Shown here: positions 52,510-61,826 of the stretch, piece after piece | Layout of the letters: the number at the start of each line of letters is the position of its first letter | Numbering within the stretch: position 1 is the first letter of the stretch | Assembly: GCA_964035545.1 (NCBI GenBank) | Contig: OZ037766.1 | Location: 14,560,722-14,624,721, forward strand | DNA: 64,000 nt | Direction: 5' to 3' | Source of the DNA: Bugula neritina | Taxonomy: Eukaryota > Animalia > Bryozoa | Program-made: the position numbers and the translations under genes | The notes under the pieces: generated by a model | The model's input: only the letters and a program-made list of their open reading frames with translations | The model's database searches: none | What the model was told of the DNA's origin: nothing

Positions 52510-52923
52510 TTATATAAGTAATTTATTTATAATTAATTGAGGTGACTCGTGTTTAGACATTTCTTTAAGCCAATATAAACACAAGTGTCCGCATATAACG
52601 GTACCGAATTTTTGTACTCGTTCCGTGTTATAAAATATAGGTGGTTTTAAATATTTCATTATTTCTAGCGGTGGGTGAAGTCCAAAACTATCAAAATAAT
52701 ATTTTTTATTTCCGTTTTTATACCAAGCTACCCAATGAGTACCGTTACCCATTAAATCGTCTAAATTTAATATACCGCATTCTTTTTTACGCGGTTTATC
52801 GGGTAAATCGTTTCTTGAAAATACTCCTCTAAAAAATGGTATTTTTAACTTTTTAATCGTAAACTCTAATTCAATATTTGATAGAGCTTTATTCGGTAAT
52901 TTTATATTTTTTATTTTAATCAT
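52510..52923 (-). CDS. Adenain-like cysteine protease (Polinton PRO)
   Basis: GTHWVAW (His), YFDSFG (Asp), Q...CGHLC (oxyanion Gln and catalytic Cys). Confidence 0.93.
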   Translation of the reverse strand: MIKIKNIKLPNKALSNIELEFTIKKLKIPFFRGVFSRNDLPDKPRKKECGILNLDDLMGNGTHWVAWYKNGNKKYYFDSFGLHPPLEIMKYLKPPIFYNTERVQKFGTVICGHLCLYWLKEMSKHESPQLIINKLLI

Positions 52924-55900
52924 TTATATAACCGTAAGGGACTGTAGTTATACCGTCTTCGAGTATATTTCTTTTATCATCTTCGGCCGACAGAGCTACT
53001 TTATTTATAGTTTCAGCGTACATCGTATGCTTATGACTTCTTAACACGTTCATCGTTCTAAATTGATTTCGTCGCGTTAATAAACACTCTTTATAATCAT
53101 CAAATGTTATGCGATTATCACGAGTTGTTTTATTAATACCCTTACATTTTTTTTCTTCTATATCATCCATCTTGTAAGAATATAATTTAGCTCTTAGGCC
53201 TACAAATTCTGTAATTTGTTTACCGCCGGCTTCATCCTTGAATTTTCCTATTACTTTTTTATTTTTACCGGTTGGTATACCCGATTTATGATTTTTTGGA
53301 TAATTACTCGTGTCAAATTTATTTTCGATATCCGGTAATATATCTTTATAAAAATCTTCAGTTTGCACGTGATACATTAAACTATCCGTATCCGTAAATA
53401 ATAATTGCGCTTTATTATTATATTTATGTTTAATATACTCGTAATGAAAGTCGTACATTAGAGTTTTACTAATGTCTAAAATTGCGGCTCCCAAATATAC
53501 GGGTTTATCAAACTTTAATTTAGTTACGTTCATATGAACGGCTATTAAATTTTCGGAAAATATAGTGAAGCTTTTAAAGTTTGGTTGATTAGTAAACTTT
53601 TTAGCTTCGCTTTCGCTAGTAACCAATTTAACGTTAACTCTATTACGAATATCTTCCATCGTTTTACCGAACACGGAATTATTCATTAGCTTAAAGAAAT
53701 CTTTTTCAAAATCGCTTCGAGCTAAAGTTCTTAGTTCGGTATTTAATTTTATATATTTTTTTAGCTTATTCGATTCATTAAAGGTTATACCTCTATGAAT
53801 TTTCGTTAATTTTAAGCCGTACATAAGGCATTGTTTTAACGCCTCGTAATGTATAATATAATTTTTTTTATTATTTAAGTTTGGCACTAACTTTTCTACT
53901 TTGTTAATCGTTAACCTTTCGGGGCAAAATGGATAATCTTTATGCGAGTCGTGTAACTCTTTAGAATATTCTAAGTCTACTTCCAAGAAGCTAGGCGGAA
54001 AATTTAAACTTTTTTCCAAGTTTTTACATCGCTTTTCAGTCATCCACTTAAAATTACCCGTAGGTAAATTTTTGGACATAGCCCAACCGTATAAATTATT
54101 AGCGTCTAAATAAGTAATATAACTGCTAGGTTCGCTAGCGTTATAATTTTCCATATACTTATTATTGGCTTTAGCGTGTCTATGACTGATCATACTTACA
54201 CCACCCCTAATAGCCTTTTCAAAGAAAAGTAGTTGGTTAACGTCGGTAATTGGATCCAACTTTAATTCGGTAGTTTTAAGCATAGCGTCCCAACTTAAAC
54301 CCGGGGCCGTATAGTACCAAGCGGGATCTAATTTGTAATATTTTAAACACACGTTTCTAAAGTTTTCAAAAACGTCGGCTAAATGTAATACATCAACTTT
54401 CATATACAAGTCGTGATATTCTTTAAACGTTTTCATATTAAATTCTCGCCAAACGTTTTGAGCGTGTATATAATCTTCTTCCGAAATATTTTGCTCGGTT
54501 AAGCTCGAATAAAACTTTTCTTTAGGTGGTAAAGACGTTTCATTCAACACGCTTAGATTATTAAAATAGTCATACGGAAATACTCCTTTTCTTAATACCA
54601 AGTCTAATTGTTTTTCCTTATAATATTCACCTAAGTGTTTAAAGTCGTCGCGTTTTAAATTCGCCACTAAACTCGCTAAATTAGAACTCATAAATTTATA
54701 CGAGTCTAAAAAGCGAATTTCACGGCTAACTTTAATTTTTTCACCTTCTTTATTGGTAAATTCGTCTACTAATAATTTTTTACTAAAAGATATATATTTT
54801 TCTTCGGTATTAGGTATACACGAAGGTTCACCACCTAAATTTTTAATAAATAAGTGGGCGTCATAACCCGATAAGTTGTGTATAAACACCGGATAAAATT
54901 TTGGAATTTTATAATTTAAATTACAATTTTTATGAGCCGCTCCTCTATAGTCTCCAGTCAAGTGGCAGTGATCTCTCACTCTGTCATTACTCAATTTTTC
55001 TTCGCATATATAACAATTTTCGGCTAATTCGAAAGACTTTTGCTCGTCAATCGTAATTCGCATAGTTTTAGCGAATTTATGTTTTTTATAAATATTTTTA
55101 ATGTCGAGTTCTAATAGTCTTATAAATTGTTCGCCAATATCTTCGTCTTCAGTTTCTTTAGTATAACTTCTATAATTACACTCGCCGGTAACGCTTACTA
55201 TATAATATCTGAAACCCGACGGTTCGTGTTGCTGATATTGGTTAGTATAACTTTCTTTAAAATTAGGATTACAGCCTTGTATAGGCTTTGTAAAACATTC
55301 AAAATCCGCGTATACCACAAACGGTACTCTCATACTACGACAATAATGACTAGATTGAAATTTTATTTTATCTTCTAATTTTGGAAATGTCGTAGTCACG
55401 CTATCATTTTTTAAGCACCAATCTTGATGCTTTTTTAATGATTCGTTAGATCGAAACGAATTCATACAATTTACGCAAATATGTTTAGCGTTAACGCGTT
55501 TATTTATTTGCGAACCGAGTAATTTATTTAAATTTTTAATATACGTATAATGATTTTTTTCGCCATCGGTTATATAAAGTAAATTTATAATTTTATTCTG
55601 ACCGCTAGTTTTTCTCCATAAATTTATCGTATTGCCGTTCCACATAAATACATTAATTCCTATTGAGGAATTAACTTTTTCGAAAGCGTCAATGGATTCT
55701 TTCGTAGCCGGAAATTCCACTCCTTCCCACGATAATTTATTAACGTGCTCTTTATAATTACTAATTCTTTCAACATTTTTATTAACCGGATAAACTCCCA
55801 TTAAAATGGCCCACATAAAGCATTTATCGTCTTTATTTTTAGGATTTATTACGGCCTTTTTCGTTTTAATTTCTTTCGGAAGATCAATCCACGATGATCC

Positions 55901-56581
55901 GTTAAGAGGTTGATATTTATTAATATTAATTTCCATTTTTTTAATGGAATTAAACGTCCAACTACTTCCTTTAGCGTTTAACGAAGCAAAATTTTCTTTT
56001 ATACGTTCAATTATTTCATTGTATATTTCATCAACATTCGTAGAAGATAATATAATTTCAACGTTTGATGTAAATGGCATAGTTTCTATAATAATTTCTC
56101 CGGTACTTATATTATGCTTTTTTACTTTGCAATATAAAAATATTTTAGCTTTTATAGTAGGTTTTAATAATTCTAGTACGTTTAGTTTTACTAGTTTACA
56201 AAACGAATTTATATCGTATCCGGGTAAACCTTTAATTTCATAAGTTTGAAACCAACCATTAGCGGCTTGTTCTTTAAGCTTAGGCTGATTATATAAAGCC
56301 ATAATTTTATCCTTAATCGGATTTACAATTTTTGCAATCGGCTTTACAATACCCTTAACCCATTTTTTTATATTACGCGTAGTTTGCGTAAATATTTCTC
56401 GCATAATTTTTTTCGCGGGTATAGGTATTAACGGGGCTTGTCCTATATTTGGAACGGGTTCGTCCATAGGCGATAATAGCCGTATAAGTTCGGCTTTTCT
56501 TAATCGAGAATATCGTTTCAATCCTCTTTCTTTAGCTAAAGCTTTTAAAGCTTTTACGGTAATTTTTGTATTGAACTCCAT
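52916..56581 (-). CDS. Protein-primed family B DNA polymerase (pPolB) with N-terminal accessory domains
   Basis: Exo motifs YADFE, HNLSGYD and YMKVDV. Pol motifs YLDANNLYGWAM, KLMNNSVFGK and TDTDS. Accessory parts are an N-terminal HEH-like helix pair, an OTU-like DKCFMWA...HYTYI, a C2H2-like finger and an endonuclease-VII-like insert (CYIC...DHCHLTGDYRGAAHKNCN). Confidence 0.97.
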   Translation of the reverse strand: MEFNTKITVKALKALAKERGLKRYSRLRKAELIRLLSPMDEPVPNIGQAPLIPIPAKKIMREIFTQTTRNIKKWVKGIVKPIAKIVNPIKDKIMALYNQPKLKEQAANGWFQTYEIKGLPGYDINSFCKLVKLNVLELLKPTIKAKIFLYCKVKKHNISTGEIIIETMPFTSNVEIILSSTNVDEIYNEIIERIKENFASLNAKGSSWTFNSIKKMEININKYQPLNGSSWIDLPKEIKTKKAVINPKNKDDKCFMWAILMGVYPVNKNVERISNYKEHVNKLSWEGVEFPATKESIDAFEKVNSSIGINVFMWNGNTINLWRKTSGQNKIINLLYITDGEKNHYTYIKNLNKLLGSQINKRVNAKHICVNCMNSFRSNESLKKHQDWCLKNDSVTTTFPKLEDKIKFQSSHYCRSMRVPFVVYADFECFTKPIQGCNPNFKESYTNQYQQHEPSGFRYYIVSVTGECNYRSYTKETEDEDIGEQFIRLLELDIKNIYKKHKFAKTMRITIDEQKSFELAENCYICEEKLSNDRVRDHCHLTGDYRGAAHKNCNLNYKIPKFYPVFIHNLSGYDAHLFIKNLGGEPSCIPNTEEKYISFSKKLLVDEFTNKEGEKIKVSREIRFLDSYKFMSSNLASLVANLKRDDFKHLGEYYKEKQLDLVLRKGVFPYDYFNNLSVLNETSLPPKEKFYSSLTEQNISEEDYIHAQNVWREFNMKTFKEYHDLYMKVDVLHLADVFENFRNVCLKYYKLDPAWYYTAPGLSWDAMLKTTELKLDPITDVNQLLFFEKAIRGGVSMISHRHAKANNKYMENYNASEPSSYITYLDANNLYGWAMSKNLPTGNFKWMTEKRCKNLEKSLNFPPSFLEVDLEYSKELHDSHKDYPFCPERLTINKVEKLVPNLNNKKNYIIHYEALKQCLMYGLKLTKIHRGITFNESNKLKKYIKLNTELRTLARSDFEKDFFKLMNNSVFGKTMEDIRNRVNVKLVTSESEAKKFTNQPNFKSFTIFSENLIAVHMNVTKLKFDKPVYLGAAILDISKTLMYDFHYEYIKHKYNNKAQLLFTDTDSLMYHVQTEDFYKDILPDIENKFDTSNYPKNHKSGIPTGKNKKVIGKFKDEAGGKQITEFVGLRAKLYSYKMDDIEEKKCKGINKTTRDNRITFDDYKECLLTRRNQFRTMNVLRSHKHTMYAETINKVALSAEDDKRNILEDGITTVPYGYIND

Positions 56582-56664
56582 TTATATAGTAAAAAAATCT
56601 TTAAACTATAAAATCAATTTTTTAATATTATTACTTATGTAAAATAAGTAATAATACTGAGAAA

Positions 56665-56883
56665 CTAACGTTCTTCTTTTAGTTTATAAGCTTCGCGTTT
56701 TAAAATACTTTTTATATAAAAATATCTATCAATGTTAGGAATTTGTTTTCTCGTTCTAAAATTAATTTCTTTAAGAGATATATTACTAATTACCGGCATA
56801 TATAAATATTCGAGTAACGGCGTATATTTTTTTTGTTCCGATTGCGCGATTAATTTATCGAGTAATTCAACGGTAAGATCCAT
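56665..56883 (-). CDS. Polinton small hypothetical protein (likely start at MDLTVELL)
   Basis: Part of the 56665-56913 ORF. The internal ATG is preceded by TATAAT, a variant of the gene-start motif. Confidence 0.5.
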   Translation of the reverse strand: MDLTVELLDKLIAQSEQKKYTPLLEYLYMPVISNISLKEINFRTRKQIPNIDRYFYIKSILKREAYKLKEER

Positions 56884-56925
56884 ATTATAAAATAATAAAA
56901 TAATAAAAATCATTTTTTTATATAA

Positions 56926-57405
56926 ATGGACTTTCGACGAGAAAAATTAGAACTCTTAAACGATGAAATTATTAAATTAGAAAACGAATACGAACAAAAA
57001 CTTAATCATTTTAATTGGTTATCGAAATCGTTAAAAATAATTTCGGGATTATGCGGTACAACGAATTTAATATGCGGCGTTATTATTACGGCGTTATTAA
57101 ACGCTAACGTTACTAAACAAACGTTATTACCATTATCTATAATAGTAAGTATAATGAGTGTAATTACTACTTCTATTTCTTCTCAAGATACTAAATTAAT
57201 TAAATCTACGTTAATGTATTTAGATATATATACCTTTATAAAAGATTCTAAATTAGAAATTAATTCTATGTTGTCGAAATTTTTAAGCGACGCTCATATA
57301 GACGAAGAAGAATACGACGCTATAACCGAAAAATATAAAGATATTAATAGCGTAATATCGGATAAAAAAAGCGATATAATAATCGCTCGTAACAACATTT
57401 GTTAA
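56926..57405 (+). CDS. Polinton membrane protein with two hydrophobic helices and coiled coil (the type labelled gasdermin-like in adintoviruses)
   Basis: Two hydrophobic segments and a C-terminal SKFLSDAHIDEEEY. Starts at TATATAAATG. The gasdermin similarity is recalled, not tested. Confidence 0.65.
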   Translation: MDFRREKLELLNDEIIKLENEYEQKLNHFNWLSKSLKIISGLCGTTNLICGVIITALLNANVTKQTLLPLSIIVSIMSVITTSISSQDTKLIKSTLMYLDIYTFIKDSKLEINSMLSKFLSDAHIDEEEYDAITEKYKDINSVISDKKSDIIIARNNIC

Positions 57406-57478
57406 TTACTTGCAAAATGCAATTAATTAAAAAAGGGAGTTCAATACAAAAATATTCGTTTATTTATATACGTTTTCT

Positions 57479-57883
57479 TTAACTATAATATAAAGCGTCA
57501 TTTCGTCTTTTTTCTATTTCGTCTTCGGCGTATTTTAGTTTAGTAAAGAATGACGGTATTCTAGCCACCGCGTAATTCATTAAACCTACGTTAAGTTCTT
57601 GAATTATTTCTTTAGTCTTGTAAATAGTTTTTATTTTTAATTTTCCATCATTTTCTTTATAAATAATTTCTTTTTTATTAGTATAAACGCGTTCTTCGAA
57701 CACTCCTCGTTCGTTAGACGGATTAGTCATTTCGTCTAATATATTAAATTTTTTATATATAATTATTTCTTTTAAATCACCGCTTTCATACATTTGTTTT
57801 TCGTATTCGGAAGTTTTATATATCGTTTCGGTAATTGGGGTGCCGTCGAGGCTTTTATAAGTAATTACTGTTGGTTCAACCAT
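57479..57883 (-). CDS. Polinton hypothetical protein
   Basis: 134-aa ORF with the TATATAAATG start motif and short internal E(I/T)IYK repeats. Confidence 0.65.
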   Translation of the reverse strand: MVEPTVITYKSLDGTPITETIYKTSEYEKQMYESGDLKEIIIYKKFNILDEMTNPSNERGVFEERVYTNKKEIIYKENDGKLKIKTIYKTKEIIQELNVGLMNYAVARIPSFFTKLKYAEDEIEKRRNDALYYS

Positions 57884-57903
57884 TTATATACTTATTCTTT
57901 AAA

Positions 57904-58473
57904 CTATAATAGCATGCTTAAAAGAGGAATGTTTTTAAACGGACTATTCGGACCTAAAATTAAACCTTCGCCTTTTATATAGCTAGAACCCTGTTTTAAA
58001 TATAAACCGTTACCTTTCATTAGATTAGACGACGCGACTGGTTTTAAAGTAATAGAACCGTTTGAATTTGGTTCTACGGAACATACGCATCCGCCTCTTT
58101 TCAAATAAAGACCTTTACCTTTAATAGCTCTTTCGACTCCGGCACTAGCGGCTCCGGAAAGTACACCCGGTATAATAGTTTTTAATAGCGTAGGTATTAC
58201 TCTCGTAGCTATACCCAATAGAGCTCCTAAAAATCCTCCGCTCATTGACGCGTTAGTTTTTACTAACGACGGAGACATTTCGAGCGTTATATTTTTTTTA
58301 TTCGCGTTTAACGCTTTTAAAATATTATCATTTTGCGTTTTCGTAACGACTAGTTTATCGTTTCCGCTTTCGAGAGGTAATTTAATAACGCAACCCTTAC
58401 CGCTTCTATAAGCGTTCATTATTTTTTGTTTTTGCGCCTGCGGCACATTTCCTATAATTTCGCAATAACCCAT
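57904..58473 (-). CDS. Polinton virion core/membrane-lytic precursor protein
   Basis: MSGG|FLGALLGIATRVIPTLLK amphipathic segment and repeated KGxG|LYLK motifs. Confidence 0.7.
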   Translation of the reverse strand: MGYCEIIGNVPQAQKQKIMNAYRSGKGCVIKLPLESGNDKLVVTKTQNDNILKALNANKKNITLEMSPSLVKTNASMSGGFLGALLGIATRVIPTLLKTIIPGVLSGAASAGVERAIKGKGLYLKRGGCVCSVEPNSNGSITLKPVASSNLMKGNGLYLKQGSSYIKGEGLILGPNSPFKNIPLLSMLL

Positions 58474-58485
58474 TTATATAATACA

Positions 58486-59244
58486 TTAAACTTCTCTTAA
58501 ATGAAATCTTATTGAAAGTTGTTCGCCGCTAAGATCTAATAAATTACCTTTTTGATCCGTTACCGTAACGGTTAACGTCTTAATATATTTAACGTGAACG
58601 GGTAAGTATATTAAATTATGAGGTTTTTCTATTATTTTATATCCAGGACTAACGCTCGGAAAAAATGAATAGATAACGGGTTTATAAGTACCATCGATAT
58701 AACTTCCGTTGATACAATCAACTTGTACGTGTATAGCGTTTATATTTAAAATATTTACTATGTTCGTAGCTTCGATATATGGTTGATTATATATCGCCGC
58801 GTCAAAACCTAAAACGTCTCTTAAAGAATCTTCAACGTTAAAATCTATTCGATAATTTGGTTTTAATTTAAGTATAATTCTAAAAGTTACTTTATTAGCT
58901 TGCAAAGTAATACCGTTTCTATTACCCCCCTCTTTTACTATTTCGTCTTGAATAGCTTCTTCTAGTTGATCTAATTCGTACACTCCGACTGGTAACGAAA
59001 CTAAATGCCACGTAGTACCACCGTCTTTAGACCATCTATAGGAATTTCTATCGGTACTAATGTTTGGAAAAGAATAAAACGTATCCAAACTAATAAGACA
59101 CATTTCGTATTTTTTATTTTTATTTAACTCTATAGGCGGATTAAGTTGAGTAATTATTCTCGTTTTAGTATCGGTAACTCCTATAGTCATCGTTTGTTTA
59201 GAGGCCGTATTATCGGCAATTTCTCTTAAAATTCTATTATCCAT
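58486..59244 (-). CDS. Minor capsid protein (penton, single jelly-roll)
   Basis: 252 aa, beta-rich, directly downstream of the MCP. Carries IYSFFPSVSPGYKIIEKPHNLIYLPV and DQKGNLLDLSGEQLSIRFHLR, typical of Polinton pentons. Confidence 0.85.
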   Translation of the reverse strand: MDNRILREIADNTASKQTMTIGVTDTKTRIITQLNPPIELNKNKKYEMCLISLDTFYSFPNISTDRNSYRWSKDGGTTWHLVSLPVGVYELDQLEEAIQDEIVKEGGNRNGITLQANKVTFRIILKLKPNYRIDFNVEDSLRDVLGFDAAIYNQPYIEATNIVNILNINAIHVQVDCINGSYIDGTYKPVIYSFFPSVSPGYKIIEKPHNLIYLPVHVKYIKTLTVTVTDQKGNLLDLSGEQLSIRFHLREV

Positions 59245-60519
59245 TTATATAACTTTTAAATTATTTCCATCGGAACCGAGAGACATGGTTTTATCGGATA
59301 GAATTAACGCGTAAGCTTGAGTATCAGCCGGCACGTTTTGACTAAACTGAACTCTCAATTGAATATCGGCTACGCTATTCTTAAGAGCTTCGCTTTGCTT
59401 ACTAACGTCTATTACGAACAAAGCGTAAAGATCTTTATATTCCGAAGGTAATACGTTCGAATAAGCGATTAGTTCGTTTATACCGTAATATTCTCCGCAA
59501 AATTTAGAAGCGTCTCCGTAAACTCTACTAAACTTCATTTTAGCGAAATCTATATCGTAATCAACTTCGGGATACCGCTCACTGTTTAGCATCGCGTATA
59601 CGCTTTTAACGTTAACGTGATCGAATACGGCTGGATTAGTCGTTTGACTTTCATTCTTACCCGTTTGAAAACCTACAATAATATATTTAGGTTTTTCCGT
59701 ATCACCTCTAGAACCCAAACGCCACGTAAAGTTTGTAGTTTGCGGCACCGCGATACTATCACACCACCTAGACCTATAAATTATGGGTAGCTGCGTCTTA
59801 CTCTCTATAATTTTATAGAGTTTATTTTTCATTTCAAAACTAGGCGTTACGTGAGGCATCCACCACGACACTTTATCCAACGTTATTTTTCCCGCGTCTA
59901 CACCGTTTGCTCTAAATATAGCGTTATCGTTAGTATCGCGTACGAGAGTGAGTTGATGTTTTATACCGTACAAAACTTTTTCGTAATCGTCGGCGAACCC
60001 AAACAAATGTCTGAGATCCACTTTAATACTAAAAGTACCTTTAGGATCGGGCTTTTGTATAATATAAATTTGACGCGCGTTAAAACCTAAATTAGCGGCG
60101 GCAGCGGCTGCGGTAGTATCTTTTGACCACAACTGATTAAGACCTCTCGACTTGCCGTAGTCGTCGGGATAAGTTAGTAAACCCATCATAGTCGAAGCGT
60201 GTCCGGGATTATTTATATATTCCAAGTCGTGTCCGTCGAGTTGATATCTAACGCTTTTAAACAAATAAGCCATACCGTTATTCGTCAACGTTACTAAGTC
60301 AGCGTCGGCGTATGCGGTTCCATCGGCTTTAGTTAGACGACCTTCGATAATCAAATAACTTTTACTAGGCTGAACGTACAAATCTTGTTGATTAATAACT
60401 ATTCTAATTTCACCGGGATTATCCAAATTCGTTCCCGTTACGGGTTCGTATTCGTGCACTTGATCGCGTTCTACGCTCGTATCGAGTACAATTTTTTGTG
60501 TAATGTTCAGAGAGTCCAT
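59245..60519 (-). CDS. Major capsid protein (double jelly-roll)
   Basis: 424 aa with PSKSYLIIEG, NNGMAYLFKSVRYQL, KPKYIIVGFQT, LNSERYP and LFVIDVSKQ motifs typical of Polinton MCPs. Confidence 0.9.
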   Translation of the reverse strand: MDSLNITQKIVLDTSVERDQVHEYEPVTGTNLDNPGEIRIVINQQDLYVQPSKSYLIIEGRLTKADGTAYADADLVTLTNNGMAYLFKSVRYQLDGHDLEYINNPGHASTMMGLLTYPDDYGKSRGLNQLWSKDTTAAAAAANLGFNARQIYIIQKPDPKGTFSIKVDLRHLFGFADDYEKVLYGIKHQLTLVRDTNDNAIFRANGVDAGKITLDKVSWWMPHVTPSFEMKNKLYKIIESKTQLPIIYRSRWCDSIAVPQTTNFTWRLGSRGDTEKPKYIIVGFQTGKNESQTTNPAVFDHVNVKSVYAMLNSERYPEVDYDIDFAKMKFSRVYGDASKFCGEYYGINELIAYSNVLPSEYKDLYALFVIDVSKQSEALKNSVADIQLRVQFSQNVPADTQAYALILSDKTMSLGSDGNNLKVI

Positions 60520-60540
60520 TTATTATAGTAAAATAATTTC

Positions 60541-60900
60541 TTAATAAGCTATAGCTTGCCCGCTTCCTTCTAAAATATTGGCAATAGCGTTTTCTCCCTC
60601 GCTAAGCGATCTTAATATATTTTGCCTTTGAATATCATTAAGAGGTTGACTAAGACTTTTTAATATTTTTTGTCGTTTAGTATCATTAAGAGGTACTCGA
60701 TTTAATCTTTTCTTTCGATTTTTTATCGCGTTAACAATTTTTTCACCGGCCGCGGTACCCGCTTTGGCTATAGCCTTTTTACCTAATTCTCTTACGCTGG
60801 AATTACTAGCTAATTTAGTTACTACATTTTTAATGGTGTCGAATATTCCACCACCGGCGTAGTGTCTTTGTAATCGTTGTCTTTTATCGTAAACGTACAT
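60541..60900 (-). CDS. Basic virion core/membrane-active precursor protein
   Basis: YAGGG|IFDTIKNVVTKLA amphipathic helix, a basic patch, the repeat PLNDTKRQKILKSLS/PLNDIQRQNILRSLS, and a C-terminal LEGSG. Confidence 0.7.
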   Translation of the reverse strand: MYVYDKRQRLQRHYAGGGIFDTIKNVVTKLASNSSVRELGKKAIAKAGTAAGEKIVNAIKNRKKRLNRVPLNDTKRQKILKSLSQPLNDIQRQNILRSLSEGENAIANILEGSGQAIAY

Positions 60901-60903
60901 TTA

Positions 60904-61716
60904 TTATAGACGTAAAAGAATGTTTTCGTATTGGTTACGAGTAATTTCTTTCATTCTAAGTAATTCGTCTAATATAGCTACAATTTCGTTTCGTACTCCT
61001 GTATTTCCGGCTTTAGCGCTAGAAATTAAAAGTTGAAGTCGTTCTACTAAAGCGTCAGGATCCGACGATAAATATACTACTCCCTCACCCCTTTTAGCTT
61101 TTTTACTATCGGCGAGTTTCGCTCTCCGAGGATATAATTGCTCCCAAATAGGTCTAACAATACGTTTCCATTTATCACTATTTTTATCTACGGGACCGCG
61201 TTTACTTTGATATATAGCCCCGCTATTATCGAGTATACTTTTATAATTTTCATAATCATCGTCATTATATCCTACAGGCGTTTTACGCGTTAAAAGACTT
61301 AAAAGTCCTCTAGTTGCCAAATATTCTTTACCATCAAAAATTATTTTACCATCGTTAAAATTTATAGGCTTAGTACCTATAACGTGTCTATTACCATCCC
61401 ACTTTACGTTATAAGCTCCGGGTTCTAAGCCGGCTAAAGCGTTTTGAGTATATTCGTCTAAATTTATAACTCCATCCGTTATCGCTTGCAAAGGAGTATA
61501 GTTTTGTACGACTGAATTTTGCAGCTGTTTTAACGCTTCAGTCGTTTGAGCTTGAGAAGCGATTACGGGTTCAAAATATTTTTCTTGAGCTATTACGGCA
61601 TTTAATTCTCGCTCGCGTTCTCGTTTAAAATTCTCTTTTATTCTATTCTTTCGAGAAATAAAATCTTGTACGATTTTATCTCTTTTTATAGGATCGTGAA
61701 TCTTTAAGTAACTCAT
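60904..61716 (-). CDS. Conserved Polinton uncharacterised protein (PZ-like)
   Basis: 270 aa with TRGLLSLLT...DDDYENYKSIL and a C-terminal GEG|VVYLSSDPDALVERLQLLISSAKAGNTGVRNEIVAILDEL module recurrent in Polintons. Confidence 0.7.
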   Translation of the reverse strand: MSYLKIHDPIKRDKIVQDFISRKNRIKENFKRERERELNAVIAQEKYFEPVIASQAQTTEALKQLQNSVVQNYTPLQAITDGVINLDEYTQNALAGLEPGAYNVKWDGNRHVIGTKPINFNDGKIIFDGKEYLATRGLLSLLTRKTPVGYNDDDYENYKSILDNSGAIYQSKRGPVDKNSDKWKRIVRPIWEQLYPRRAKLADSKKAKRGEGVVYLSSDPDALVERLQLLISSAKAGNTGVRNEIVAILDELLRMKEITRNQYENILLRL

Positions 61717-61724
61717 TTATATAA

Positions 61725-61826
61725 ACACAAATTTGTGTCTACATTTGTGTCCACTGGACACAATTTGTGTCTACTTTTGTGTCCACTGGACACAATTTGT
61801 GTCCACTTTTGTGTCTAGTGTCCACT
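61725..61826. repeat. Palindromic 32-bp tandem repeat array in the integrase-PZ intergenic gap
   Basis: ACACAAATTTGTGT palindrome followed by (TTTGTGTCTACWTTTGTGTCCACTGGACACAA) x2 and a partial third copy. Confidence 0.9.

Noticed and set aside
55127-60090. Plus-strand ORFs 55127-55378, 55944-56243, 57794-57982 and 59851-60090 (also 52641-52832)
   Set aside because: They are antisense shadows of real viral genes, mostly with non-ATG starts and no TAAATG motif.
61725-61826. Possible CRISPR-like array
   Set aside because: The repeats are contiguous with no unique spacers, there are no cas genes, and the context is a eukaryotic virus.
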